A stretch of DNA of 64,000 nucleotides from positions 64,001 to 128,000 of the forward strand of contig JANNWY010000196.1 of NCBI GenBank assembly GCA_031409335.1, in the 5' to 3' direction. The notes below the pieces were generated by a model. That model was given only the letters and a program-made list of their open reading frames with translations. It did not search any database and was not told the DNA's origin. This document shows, one piece after another, positions 36,968 through 46,476 of this stretch. Source of the DNA: Chthoniobacteraceae bacterium. Lineage in GTDB: Bacteria; Verrucomicrobiota; Verrucomicrobiia; Chthoniobacterales; Chthoniobacteraceae. The position numbers were made by a program, and so were the translations under genes. The first letter of the stretch is position 1. Every line of letters starts with the position of its first letter.

Positions 36968-37684
36968 TCACGAGTGATCGGAGCGCGCAGGCAGGATGAT
37001 TTGGAAAACGGTTTTCTTCGGCTTGCTCGTCACGCGGATCACGCCGCCATGCTGCTGGATGAAACCGAGCGCGACGGTAAGGCCGAGGCCAGTGGAGTTG
37101 CCGCTCTTTTTTACCGAATAAAACGGCGTGAAAATCTTCTCGAATGCGTCCTTTGGAATGCCGGGGCCGTCGTCGGTGACGGTGAGTGAAAGCCAGTGGA
37201 TCGGCTGGCGGCCCGCGGTGGTCGGCGTCGGCGCGTGCGCTTCTTTCTTCAATTCGATCGACACATTTCCACTCGACCCGACGGCATCGAACGCGTTGCG
37301 GATGACTTCGATGACGGCGGTTTTGACGCGCCCGACATCGGCCCAGACTTTCGGGGTTTCATCGAGACAACACAGCTGCAGCTTCACTTTTGGCCCGGCC
37401 ATTTCCTGTAAAGTCGGGCGCAGACGATGGAGCATTTCGGAGAGATCGAGTTCGCGCCAGACCGCGCTCGACGGGCGCACGAGGGAATGCGTGCGATCCA
37501 TCAAATCGCTGGCGGCACGCGCACCGTCCTGGATTTTCGCGAGCCCCTCCATCGTTGGCTTATCGAGTTTTTTGTTGTCGAGCAGCAATCCCAGATAGCC
37601 GTGGAAAAGCGTGAGAATGTTATTCATCCGGTGCGCGAGGCCGCGCACCAATTGATCCTGAAATTCCGAATGTTCGATCTGCAT
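36968..37684 (-). CDS. Sensor-less histidine kinase (HisKA + HATPase only)
   Basis: LAHRMNN near N-terminus; RNA, DDGPGI, FTPFYS, TGLGL. Confidence 0.82.
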   Translation of the reverse strand: MQIEHSEFQDQLVRGLAHRMNNILTLFHGYLGLLLDNKKLDKPTMEGLAKIQDGARAASDLMDRTHSLVRPSSAVWRELDLSEMLHRLRPTLQEMAGPKVKLQLCCLDETPKVWADVGRVKTAVIEVIRNAFDAVGSSGNVSIELKKEAHAPTPTTAGRQPIHWLSLTVTDDGPGIPKDAFEKIFTPFYSVKKSGNSTGLGLTVALGFIQQHGGVIRVTSKPKKTVFQIILPARSDHS

Positions 37685-37765
37685 TTGAAGCAGAACTGAC
37701 TTAGCAGGATGGATACCCGCGCGAATTGGGATTCCGAATTCCTGTTTGGAGCGCGACGCGGGCGG

Positions 37766-39196
37766 CTAAACCAGCAGCCCGGCCTGTTGCAGCGCGGCTT
37801 CGCTGGGCATTTGCGTGGGATCGGCGAGGACGGCGCGGCCTTCGGGAGTGAGATCGACCATTTCGTGCCAGCGATTCGCGAGGGCGAAGTTTTCGCGCGC
37901 CTGGTAGCGCATCAGCGGGCTGGGGGACGCGGGCTCACCGGTGCGCAGCCACGCGCCGTCGCCGGTGAGCACGAGATCGACGGCATCGACTGAAAACAAC
38001 CGGCAGACTTCCGCGAGCAGGGCGGAGTCGTCCACGATTTCGGGGAGGCCGACTTGCCGGAGAAACCGGTTCGCGTTTTCCACAGCGACGGGAAATGGAA
38101 CGCGCATCGCGCTGGTCTGGGCGAGCGCGGCGAGGAAGGCTTTCGTCGCCGGTGCGTCGAAATCGAGCGTGAGATCGTTGGGCCCGAGCATGCGCATGGG
38201 GACGCCGGGCTGGAGATTTGCCCTGCCGCCTGCGGGCCGGAGTCGGAGGCCGATGGCGCATTCGCGAATCGTCTCGGTCTCCGGAGTGCGCGCGGGTGCG
38301 GTGCGGCAGAGGAGGGTGCTGCGGAGCCAGCGCTGGTAGAGCACGTCCATGAATTGCTGCGCGCGGAGGAAGTCGGGAGCGAGCTCCGCGAGGGTGTCGC
38401 GAATCGGCGTGGGGACGTGCTCGAAGGGCATCGAGGCGTAGTGCGCTTCGGAGAGAAAGTGCAGACCGTGGCGCGTGGCGTGCGCGGTGAAATCGAGGAA
38501 CGTACAGGGGTCGTTCACGAGGCTGAGTTCATCGTGGAAAAGGAGCGCGGGCGATTTGCGCAGCATGTCGGCGACGGCTTCGCGGAGGAGCGCGGCGTAG
38601 GCTCCGGGCTGATTCGCGGTGCATTTGGCCAGCACGCCGAGGATGTGGCGCGCGTGATTGAGCTGGGATTGCGGCGCGGTTTCGCGGGCGGATTCCGCGA
38701 GGAGAAATTTCCGCATCCCATCCAGCAGTCCGCAACCCGGCAGCACATTGTAACTCACATAAGCGACGCCCGCCGGCGCGAGCGCGGTGGCGCAGACCGC
38801 GAGCAGCCGCTCCTTCACATCGTCCGGCACCCACGAATAAACGCCGTGCGCGATGACGTAGTCGAACGCGCCCGGCTCCGGCGCGAACTCACGCAAGTCG
38901 GCGTGGAGGAAGCGCGCATTCCCGATGCCGCAGGCGACGCGCGCCGCTTCGGCGGTGGCGATTTGTTTTGCGGAAAAATCGACGCCGGTGAACTGCGCGT
39001 TTGGTAGCCGTTCGGCAAGCGGGAGCAGATTCATCCCCTCGGCGCACCCCAACTCGAGAACGCGGCAACGATCCGGCGGGGTCGCCGACATTCCAAACAG
39101 CCGCGCGATCGCGCCAACGCGCGCGGGATGCGAATGCGGAATCGCGCCGTGGCGGTAGGGAATGTCGTCGTAACGCGCGCTGAGCGGATCGGTCAT
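37766..39196 (-). CDS. Class I SAM-dependent methyltransferase with methyltransferase regulatory domain
   Basis: SHP, RVLELGCAEGMNL, FDYVIAHGVYSWVP, VSYN. Confidence 0.85.
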   Translation of the reverse strand: MTDPLSARYDDIPYRHGAIPHSHPARVGAIARLFGMSATPPDRCRVLELGCAEGMNLLPLAERLPNAQFTGVDFSAKQIATAEAARVACGIGNARFLHADLREFAPEPGAFDYVIAHGVYSWVPDDVKERLLAVCATALAPAGVAYVSYNVLPGCGLLDGMRKFLLAESARETAPQSQLNHARHILGVLAKCTANQPGAYAALLREAVADMLRKSPALLFHDELSLVNDPCTFLDFTAHATRHGLHFLSEAHYASMPFEHVPTPIRDTLAELAPDFLRAQQFMDVLYQRWLRSTLLCRTAPARTPETETIRECAIGLRLRPAGGRANLQPGVPMRMLGPNDLTLDFDAPATKAFLAALAQTSAMRVPFPVAVENANRFLRQVGLPEIVDDSALLAEVCRLFSVDAVDLVLTGDGAWLRTGEPASPSPLMRYQARENFALANRWHEMVDLTPEGRAVLADPTQMPSEAALQQAGLLV

Positions 39197-39252
39197 GCAG
39201 CGAGGAGAGCAGAAGTGCGAAGTTTCGACGACATCGGTGGTGAGCCGCCAAA

Positions 39253-39669
39253 CTACCGCTGATGAAAGCGGGTGAAGCCTCCCGCGGTCAGGCCAGTCTT
39301 CAGCGCAGCATCTTCAGTCCAAAGTTCGGCGTCTAGGTGCAGAGCGAGAGCGACGTAGGGCGTGTCTTTCGGGTCGGTTGGGGCGCAAAGCCGGTGGGCC
39401 TCCAGCCAAGTGCCAATCGGGATTGCGGCTTCGTCGGTGAAGTCCAGCGAAGAGACGAGGGCGTGGAGAGCTTCGAGGAGTTCGGCCTCGGATTTACGCA
39501 TGGCGCGGAGGAGGCGGTCCTTGTGTTTGAATAGCTCGACGAATAGAAAGCGCGGAGCGATGAAACGAATGTCGTCGCTGGAGTCGAGCCGACCCCGCAA
39601 GTCTCCGCGTCCGCTGGCGAGCGCACGAAAAGCGATGTTCGCGTCCACGATGACGCGGCGCTCGCTCAT
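39253..39669 (-). CDS. PIN-domain ribonuclease (putative type II toxin)
   Basis: IVDANI, E, DPKDTPYVALAL, LWTED acidic residues. Confidence 0.85.
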   Translation of the reverse strand: MSERRVIVDANIAFRALASGRGDLRGRLDSSDDIRFIAPRFLFVELFKHKDRLLRAMRKSEAELLEALHALVSSLDFTDEAAIPIGTWLEAHRLCAPTDPKDTPYVALALHLDAELWTEDAALKTGLTAGGFTRFHQR

Positions 39670-39896
39670 GCCTCCGCTGCGCCGACAGGCGGGATGAAGC
39701 GATGCCGATTGCGCGCCCACCAATCGGCTTTCATCTCCTCGGCCATGGCATCGGCCATGGCATCGGTCATGTCGCTGCCAGCGACAGCCGCTTCAAGCCG
39801 CAGGCCGCGCAAAAGTTGCGCAAGGCGCTCGTCGGTGACATCCCCACGCGGGATATGGAGGTGGATGGTGTCGGCAGTGGCCTCGACGGAAATCAT
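39666..39896 (-). CDS. Small putative antitoxin upstream of the PIN gene
   Basis: 76 aa, ATGA overlap with PIN gene, own promoter TGGACA-N17-TAGCCT-N7-ATG. Confidence 0.7.
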   Translation of the reverse strand: MISVEATADTIHLHIPRGDVTDERLAQLLRGLRLEAAVAGSDMTDAMADAMAEEMKADWWARNRHRFIPPVGAAEA

Positions 39897-40025
39897 GATC
39901 CCGAGGCTATCGCGACTGCGGGCTCATGTCCAATTTGCGAGTTTGCCATCAAAACGCGGGCGGAAAAAATTTGAGCAGACCGGTCGTTTGCATGTCAGAT
40001 GGCCTCCCGCAACTTGATGACTGTG

Positions 40026-41159
40026 ATGCCTCTAAAATCGCGCCTGCTTTTACTCCTGACTGCCGCCACGCTCACCGTTCCGGTTTCCGCCCAGACGGAG
40101 CCCGCGCTGGAGCCATCCGTCGTCGCCGTGGCAAAGGCGATGCCTGCCGTGGTCAACATCAATACCGAACGGGTGGTGCAGCATACGGTGCGCGATCCGC
40201 GGGATGAGTTTTTTAACAATTTTTTCGGCGGGCCGATGCGTCCGCCGCGGCTGGTGAAGCAGACGGTGCAGAGCCTCGGCTCGGGGTTCATCGTGGATGC
40301 GTCAGGCTTCATCGTGACGAATGAACATGTGGTGCAGCGGGCGGCGGATTTGAAGATTTCGGTGACGACGAATGATGGGAAGACTTACATCGCCAAGTAT
40401 ATCGCGGGGTCGCCGGAGACGGACCTCGCTTTTCTAAAGATCGAGTCGAAGGAGAAACTGCCATTCATTGAACTCGCGGAACTTTCGCCAAATCTGCTCG
40501 GGCAGACGGTGCTGGTGCTGGGAAATCCGCTGGGCTACGGGAGTTCGGTGGCGCGGGGGATTTTGTCGGCGAAGGCACGGTCGGTGTCGGTGGATAACAA
40601 GGATTACAAAGACCTGGTGCAGACGGATGCGGCGATCAATCCGGGGAATTCGGGTGGGCCGGTGGTGGACTTGAGCGGGAAGCTGGTGGGGGTGAGTTCG
40701 GTGAAGATGGCGTTCACGCCGCAGGGAGTGCCGACGCAGGGGCTGGGATTTGCGATTCCGGGAATTGCGGTGCGCGATCATGTGGCGGAATTTCGCAAGG
40801 TGGCCGCGGGGCAGAAGAGCTCGAAGGCGCGGGCGACGCAGAGCCGCGTGCGGCAGTATTTCGGGCTGCAACTCCAGGATATGACGCCAGAGCTGGCGGA
40901 GACGATGGGCTACGAGGCGGATGCGGGTGTGGTGATCGCCGATGTGGAAGCGGGATCGCCGGCGGATCGGGCGGGGTTTAAGCGCGGGCTTGTCATCAGC
41001 CAATTGGGGCGCTATCGCGTCACCTCCTCCAAACAGGTCGAGGACCTTTTGGAGCCGGTCAGCACGGGTTCTGTCGTGGATTTCACGGTCGGACTCGTGC
41101 GGACGGCCGGTCGGCGTGAGTTCGTGTCATGGACCCCCGTGACGATGAATGCGCGCTGA
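40026..41159 (+). CDS. HtrA/DegQ-family serine protease (trypsin + one PDZ)
   Basis: GSGFI, TNEHVV, TDLA, QTDAAINPGNSGGP, GSPADRAG; start may be 39999. Confidence 0.93.
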   Translation: MPLKSRLLLLLTAATLTVPVSAQTEPALEPSVVAVAKAMPAVVNINTERVVQHTVRDPRDEFFNNFFGGPMRPPRLVKQTVQSLGSGFIVDASGFIVTNEHVVQRAADLKISVTTNDGKTYIAKYIAGSPETDLAFLKIESKEKLPFIELAELSPNLLGQTVLVLGNPLGYGSSVARGILSAKARSVSVDNKDYKDLVQTDAAINPGNSGGPVVDLSGKLVGVSSVKMAFTPQGVPTQGLGFAIPGIAVRDHVAEFRKVAAGQKSSKARATQSRVRQYFGLQLQDMTPELAETMGYEADAGVVIADVEAGSPADRAGFKRGLVISQLGRYRVTSSKQVEDLLEPVSTGSVVDFTVGLVRTAGRREFVSWTPVTMNAR

Positions 41160-41182
41160 GTTTTCCTCCACCACCGAACCGC

Positions 41183-42115
41183 ATGATTAAAGTCGAAAAC
41201 CTCACGAAACGTTATTCCGGCTTTACCGCGATCAAGGACCTCAGTTTCGAGGTGGCGAAGGGCGAAATCGTTGGCTTTCTCGGGCCAAATGGCGCGGGCA
41301 AAACGACGACGATGCGCATTTTGGCTGGGTTTCTGCCGGCGACGAGCGGGCGGGCCTCGATAGCGGGGTTCGATGTGTTTGAGCAAAGTCTGGAGGCGCG
41401 GAAACGGATCGGGTATTTGCCGGAAAATACGCCGCTGTATCCCGAGATGCGGGTGAATGAATATCTGCGCTACCGGGCGGATTTGAAGGGCGTCGAGGGT
41501 CGGAAGGTGAAGGAGCGCGTGGGCGATGTGATCGACCAGTGCAGCTTGAAGGAAAAGGAGCGGGCGATCATCGGAACGCTCTCGAAAGGGCAGCGGCAGC
41601 GGGTCGGGCTGGCGGATGCGCTGGTGCATGATCCCGAGTTGCTGATCCTCGACGAACCGACGATCGGGCTCGATCCGAATCAAATCCGGCAGGTGCGCGA
41701 GCTGATCAAGAATCTCGCGAACAAACGCACGGTACTGATCTCGACGCACATCCTGCCCGAGGTGGAAATCATGTGCTCGCGCGTGATCGTGATCCATCAG
41801 GGGCAAATCCGCGCGAGCGATACGGCGGAGAATTTGTTGAAAAATCACCGCGCCGCCGGCAACATGCGGGTGGAGGCGAAGACGGGTGGGACGAATGGGC
41901 GCGAGGCGTTGCTCGGGCTGCCAGGGGTGAAGGATGTGACCGAAGAGCAGGACGGGGAATTCAGCATTTTCAATCTCCGACTCGAAGCAAACGCCGATCC
42001 GGCGGAAGCGGTGATGAATCTGGCGATTTTCCGCCGCTGGAATGTGCGCGAACTCGCCCGGCGTCGCGCGACGCTGGAAGATGTCTTCGTCGAACTAACC
42101 CATTCGGATAGCTAA
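41183..42115 (+). CDS. ABC transporter ATP-binding protein (GldA-like)
   Basis: GPNGAGKTT, LSKGQRQR, LILDEPT, STH. Confidence 0.93.
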   Translation: MIKVENLTKRYSGFTAIKDLSFEVAKGEIVGFLGPNGAGKTTTMRILAGFLPATSGRASIAGFDVFEQSLEARKRIGYLPENTPLYPEMRVNEYLRYRADLKGVEGRKVKERVGDVIDQCSLKEKERAIIGTLSKGQRQRVGLADALVHDPELLILDEPTIGLDPNQIRQVRELIKNLANKRTVLISTHILPEVEIMCSRVIVIHQGQIRASDTAENLLKNHRAAGNMRVEAKTGGTNGREALLGLPGVKDVTEEQDGEFSIFNLRLEANADPAEAVMNLAIFRRWNVRELARRRATLEDVFVELTHSDS

Positions 42116-42118
42116 AAA

Positions 42119-42190
42119 CTCTTCCTCTTAATCTTAATCTTCCTCCAAATTCCGATAGTCGGCGGAGGAAGATTAAGAGGAAGCGGAAGA
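42119..42190. repeat. Intra-operon palindromic element built from hexamer units
   Basis: CTCTTCCTCTTAATCTTAATCTTCCTCC ... GGAGGAAGATTAAGAGGAAG; 15-bp perfect stem. Confidence 0.8.
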
Positions 42191-42209
42191 ACCCACTGAC
42201 CCACCTTCC

Positions 42210-42965
42210 ATGAAAACCTTCTTCACCCTGCTCGACCGCGAAATGAAGAGCTTCTTCCACTCGCCGATCGCTTACGTCGTCCTGTTTTATTTCCTGGTGC
42301 TAACCGGCTTCAATTTTTTCTTCCAAGTTAGTTTCCTGAATCGCGGCCCGACGGAGATCACCGTCGTGGAAGCCGTCTTCAACACGGTCATTTTCTGGTT
42401 CCCGTTCGTGCTGATCTTTCCATTGATTACCATGCGGACTTACTCTGAGGAATTCCGCATGGGGACGTTTGAAACACTGACGACCGCTCCCGTGAGCGAC
42501 TGGCAGGTGGTCCTCGCGAAGTTCTTTGGCGTGCTGTTCTTCTACATCGTCCTGTGGGCTCCCAGCTTTAGTTACTTCGCCATCTTCCAACTCATCACCC
42601 AGCAGCAGGCAGCGAATGCCGCGGGCGCCTACTATGGCAGCTATCTGCTGATCCTATTGATCGGTATGTTTTATATCTCGATCGGCTGCGTGGCTTCGGC
42701 GCTCACGAGGGATCAGGTGAACGCCGCGATGATTAGTTTTTCGGTGATCACACTCTGCTTCTTCGCCGGGCTGCTCACCTTCGTGATGAACGTCACCGAT
42801 CCCGCGCTGAAGGACATCAACACTTATATCTCCGCCGTGGAGCATATGGGTGACTTTTCCAAAGGCATGATCGATACGCGGCCGATCGTCTGGTATCTGT
42901 CACTGACGGTCCTGATGCTTGTCATTAACTTCCAAGTCTTCCAATACCGGAAGTGGAAGTCCTAG
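42210..42965 (+). CDS. ABC-2 permease (GldF-like)
   Basis: REMKSFFHSPIAY, PLITMR..EE..GT.E.L.TAPV, VLAKF; about 6 TM. Confidence 0.9.
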   Translation: MKTFFTLLDREMKSFFHSPIAYVVLFYFLVLTGFNFFFQVSFLNRGPTEITVVEAVFNTVIFWFPFVLIFPLITMRTYSEEFRMGTFETLTTAPVSDWQVVLAKFFGVLFFYIVLWAPSFSYFAIFQLITQQQAANAAGAYYGSYLLILLIGMFYISIGCVASALTRDQVNAAMISFSVITLCFFAGLLTFVMNVTDPALKDINTYISAVEHMGDFSKGMIDTRPIVWYLSLTVLMLVINFQVFQYRKWKS

Positions 42966-42983
42966 CACCCATTCTCATTTCAC

Positions 42984-44525
42984 ATGGCTGAAGAATCCCA
43001 GGAACCAAAAACGGAAAATGCGCCGGCGAAGAAATCGGTGACGATCAAGCGCGTGCAGATCGGGCTAAACGTGATCATCCAGATCGCGGTGATGATCGTG
43101 ATCGTCGGGATGGTGAACTATTTCTCGTTCCACCACTTCAAGCGGTTCGACCGCACGCGCGATCAGAAGTATGTCTTGAGCGAGCAGACGAAGCAGGTGC
43201 TTGCGGGTTTGCAGAAACCAGTCACGGCGATTGTATTTTTCTCCAGCGGATCAGAGGTGTATGCGGACGTGGTCGCGCTTCTCCGCGAGTATGAATATGC
43301 GTCGAAGACCAAGTTTAAGACGGAGGTCGTGGACCCATACCGGAATTTCACCCGCGCGCGCGCGCTTCAGGATAGATACAAGTTTGGTCAGAACGACAAT
43401 GTCGTGATCCTGGACTACGAGGGGAAGAGCAAGTTCGTGGAGGCCGCGGATATGGCGGAGGTGGATAACAGCGGGATCATGATGGGGCAGCCGCCAGTGG
43501 TGAAGGCGTTCAAGGGTGAGCAGTCGATGACGAGTGCGCTGCTCGAGCTGACCGAGGAAAAGCAGAGTAAAATTTACATAACCGCCGGGCACGGCGAGCT
43601 GGAACTCAATGCAGCGTCGCTGACCGTGGCGGCGACTGGTCCGGAAACGATGAAAGGGCTGGCGACCTACGTCGCGCGGCAGAACATCAAGACCGGGACG
43701 CTCAAACTCGCGGATGTGGAAAAGGTACCAGACGATGCCCGCGCGCTTTTGATTCTCGCGCCAAAGTTCGATTTCACGGAACGCGAGATGACGCTGCTGC
43801 GGGAATATTGGGAGCGGAAGGGCCGGGTGTTCGTGTCGCTGGAGACGGGTCCCGCGATGGAACGACTTGCCGATTTTTTCGTCGATAACGGCATTCGTCC
43901 GCAGGACGACCGGATCGTGCGGCTCGTCACGCTGCCGGGGAATGTGACGGGGATTCTCCGGGAAGTTTCCGCGGCGATCCAGCCAGGGCATCCCATCACC
44001 AAGCGGCTCGGGAATGTGAACTTGCAGTTCATGGGCAAGACGCAATCCATCTATCTCGATCAACAGCGGGCGAAGCCGCTGGGGATCAGCCTGACTCCGC
44101 TGATCGAGGTGGTGGAGAAGAGCTATCACGGCGAAACCGAGAACGCGGGTGGTGACGGAGCACCGATCTTTTTCGATGCGAAGAAGGACCATACCGTGCC
44201 GCTGGCGGTGGCGGTGGCTGTGGAAAAAGGGGCGCTGGCTGACAAGCGCGTGAGCGTGGACACGTCGCGGATGGTCGTGGTCGGGAACGGTGATTTTTTG
44301 CGCGACAGCGCGCTGACGGAAGCGGGATTGGATTTCACGCTGGCGGGCGTCAACTGGCTGCTCAACCGCGAGGAATTGATCGCGATCGCGCCAAAAGAGC
44401 GGAAAACTTTCGCGCTGAATCTGACCGATGAGCAGATGGCGCAAATCCTCCTTTCGGTGGTTTTTGGAGTTCCCGGACTCGTCGCGCTGTGCGGCCTGCT
44501 GGCGTGGTGGCAGCGGCGGAACTAG
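42984..44525 (+). CDS. GldG-family ABC auxiliary protein
   Basis: D.T....VLSEQT, GHGE, RMVVVGNGDF, NWL; N- and C-terminal TM. Confidence 0.88.
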   Translation: MAEESQEPKTENAPAKKSVTIKRVQIGLNVIIQIAVMIVIVGMVNYFSFHHFKRFDRTRDQKYVLSEQTKQVLAGLQKPVTAIVFFSSGSEVYADVVALLREYEYASKTKFKTEVVDPYRNFTRARALQDRYKFGQNDNVVILDYEGKSKFVEAADMAEVDNSGIMMGQPPVVKAFKGEQSMTSALLELTEEKQSKIYITAGHGELELNAASLTVAATGPETMKGLATYVARQNIKTGTLKLADVEKVPDDARALLILAPKFDFTEREMTLLREYWERKGRVFVSLETGPAMERLADFFVDNGIRPQDDRIVRLVTLPGNVTGILREVSAAIQPGHPITKRLGNVNLQFMGKTQSIYLDQQRAKPLGISLTPLIEVVEKSYHGETENAGGDGAPIFFDAKKDHTVPLAVAVAVEKGALADKRVSVDTSRMVVVGNGDFLRDSALTEAGLDFTLAGVNWLLNREELIAIAPKERKTFALNLTDEQMAQILLSVVFGVPGLVALCGLLAWWQRRN

Positions 44526-44548
44526 CTTTTCACCGGACGTTTTCGACC

Positions 44549-46420
44549 ATGAAATCTCGCAGCACACTCCTCCTCCTGCTCGCCGCCGGGCTCATTTTCG
44601 GGCTCATCAAATTCTACGATTCCAGATACGCGCCGACGCGGGATGCGGCGCGGGATTCAAAGAAACTGATCACGCTCGACCGCGACACGATCAATACGAT
44701 CGCGATCAAAAACGCGGAGGGCGCGATCGAGATGCGGAAGCAGGACAACGATGTCTGGATTCTCGAAAAGCCGGTGAAAGACCGCGCCAGTTCGCTCGCG
44801 ATCAGCGGGCTTTTCACCGCGGCGGAGAATTTGAATTTCGACGCGGTGATCGGTGACGACAAGCCGGTGGAGAAAGAGCAGCTCAAGGAATACGGGCTCG
44901 CGAACTCGGAGACGAAGGTGACGTTTGGCGGCGGCGGGAAGGACGTGGAATTGCTCTTCGGCAGGGACGCGGCGGTGGACGGGAAGATTTACGCGAAGCT
45001 CGCCGACGGGGGGAAAGTGTTCGTCATTTCCACGGAACTGAAGATGCAGATCACGAAAAAGGCGGATGAATATCGGGAACGAAAACTGACCGATCTGACG
45101 AGCAGCCAGGTGAACAAGATCGCGATCAAAAGCGCGGCGGGCGAAATCGAACTCGAAAAGGAGAACGACCATTGGAAGATGTCGAAGCCGCTGAAGGCGC
45201 GCTGCGACGATGGCAAGGTCGGCGATCTCATTTCCCAGGCGGCGACCGCGCACATTGATTCATTCGTGGCGGACGCGGCGAATCTCGCCGCGTACGGATT
45301 GCAGGAGCCGCGCGGCACCGTGTCGCTCTTTTCCGAAGGCGGCGACACCCCGACGGTCCTGCACATCGGCGGGGACGCGAAGGATGTGAAGGACAAGATT
45401 TACGCCAAACTTTCGACGCGGGATTCCGTGGTCGTTTTACCTAAAAAAGTGGAGGCGCTGCTGGCGACGAAGCCGAACGATCTGCGCGACCGGAGCCTGC
45501 TGCGCGTGGAGGCCGACATCGTGGACCGGATCACGATCGAAGGCGCGGGCCGGGAAAAAATCGTGCTCGCGCGGAAGGGGGAGACGTGGGTGCGGGACAA
45601 GGATTTGCCGGTCAATGCGATGGAAGCGGCGCGGCTGCTGAAGGATTTGCAGAATCAACAGGTCGTGAATTTCGAGGCGGATGTGGCGACGGACTTGCCA
45701 GCATACGGGCTCGATCAACCGGCGGTGAAGGTGACGCTGAGTTCCTACGCGTCGGAAAATACGCCGGAGACGAAGGCGGGCGAGCGCCCAATCGTGACGG
45801 TGCTTTTTGGCAGAGTCGATGGCGACAAGGTTTACGCGAAGCTGGATGAGGAACCATTCGTCGTGGCGCTCCCGGTGGATGCGCTGGAGGCGATCCGCAC
45901 CGATCCGATCGAGTGGCAGGAACTCGCGATCTACAAACTGAAGCCGGAGGAAATCACCGCGATCGAAGTCGTGAAGGACGGTCAGGCACCCATGTCGCTG
46001 GAGCGCGACAAGGACAAATGGAAGCTCGCGAAGGGCGATGGGAATCTGAACCAGGTGAACGTGCAATCGCTCGTGAACACACTCGCGACCTTGCGGGCGG
46101 TGCGGTGGAACGGTGTCGCGACGGCGGCGGACGGCCTTGAGAAACCGGCGGTGGTCGTGACACTCAGGACGGGCGGAAATGTCGCGGGAAAAGTCACGAT
46201 CGGCGCGCTCGGTGAAGACGGAATGTGGAGCGCCGCCGCGGACGGATTTGCAGGTGTCTTTGCCATGAACAAGCCGGATCAGCAGGCGTTTGTCCTCCCG
46301 CTGATCGACAAGCCCGCCGCACCCACACCGGCAGCGCAACCGGCACCCGCCGCCGCGCCACCCATGCCCGCGCCCAACGTGCCCGAAGCCTTGCCCACAC
46401 CGCCGCCTCCGAATCCGTAG
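44549..46420 (+). CDS. DUF4340-domain protein (three repeats, Pro-rich tail)
   Basis: Repeated YGL..P motifs; position after gldA/F/G-like genes. Confidence 0.82.
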   Translation: MKSRSTLLLLLAAGLIFGLIKFYDSRYAPTRDAARDSKKLITLDRDTINTIAIKNAEGAIEMRKQDNDVWILEKPVKDRASSLAISGLFTAAENLNFDAVIGDDKPVEKEQLKEYGLANSETKVTFGGGGKDVELLFGRDAAVDGKIYAKLADGGKVFVISTELKMQITKKADEYRERKLTDLTSSQVNKIAIKSAAGEIELEKENDHWKMSKPLKARCDDGKVGDLISQAATAHIDSFVADAANLAAYGLQEPRGTVSLFSEGGDTPTVLHIGGDAKDVKDKIYAKLSTRDSVVVLPKKVEALLATKPNDLRDRSLLRVEADIVDRITIEGAGREKIVLARKGETWVRDKDLPVNAMEAARLLKDLQNQQVVNFEADVATDLPAYGLDQPAVKVTLSSYASENTPETKAGERPIVTVLFGRVDGDKVYAKLDEEPFVVALPVDALEAIRTDPIEWQELAIYKLKPEEITAIEVVKDGQAPMSLERDKDKWKLAKGDGNLNQVNVQSLVNTLATLRAVRWNGVATAADGLEKPAVVVTLRTGGNVAGKVTIGALGEDGMWSAAADGFAGVFAMNKPDQQAFVLPLIDKPAAPTPAAQPAPAAAPPMPAPNVPEALPTPPPPNP

Positions 46421-46476
46421 CCAGCGCCGGTCGGCAGCGTTGACGATTTCACCAGTAACCGCCTACCTTCCTCCAA

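Noticed and set aside
41183..46420. Gliding motility locus
   Set aside because: GldA/F/G-like ABC genes with DUF4340 are widespread in non-gliding bacteria; no gldK-N or spr genes here
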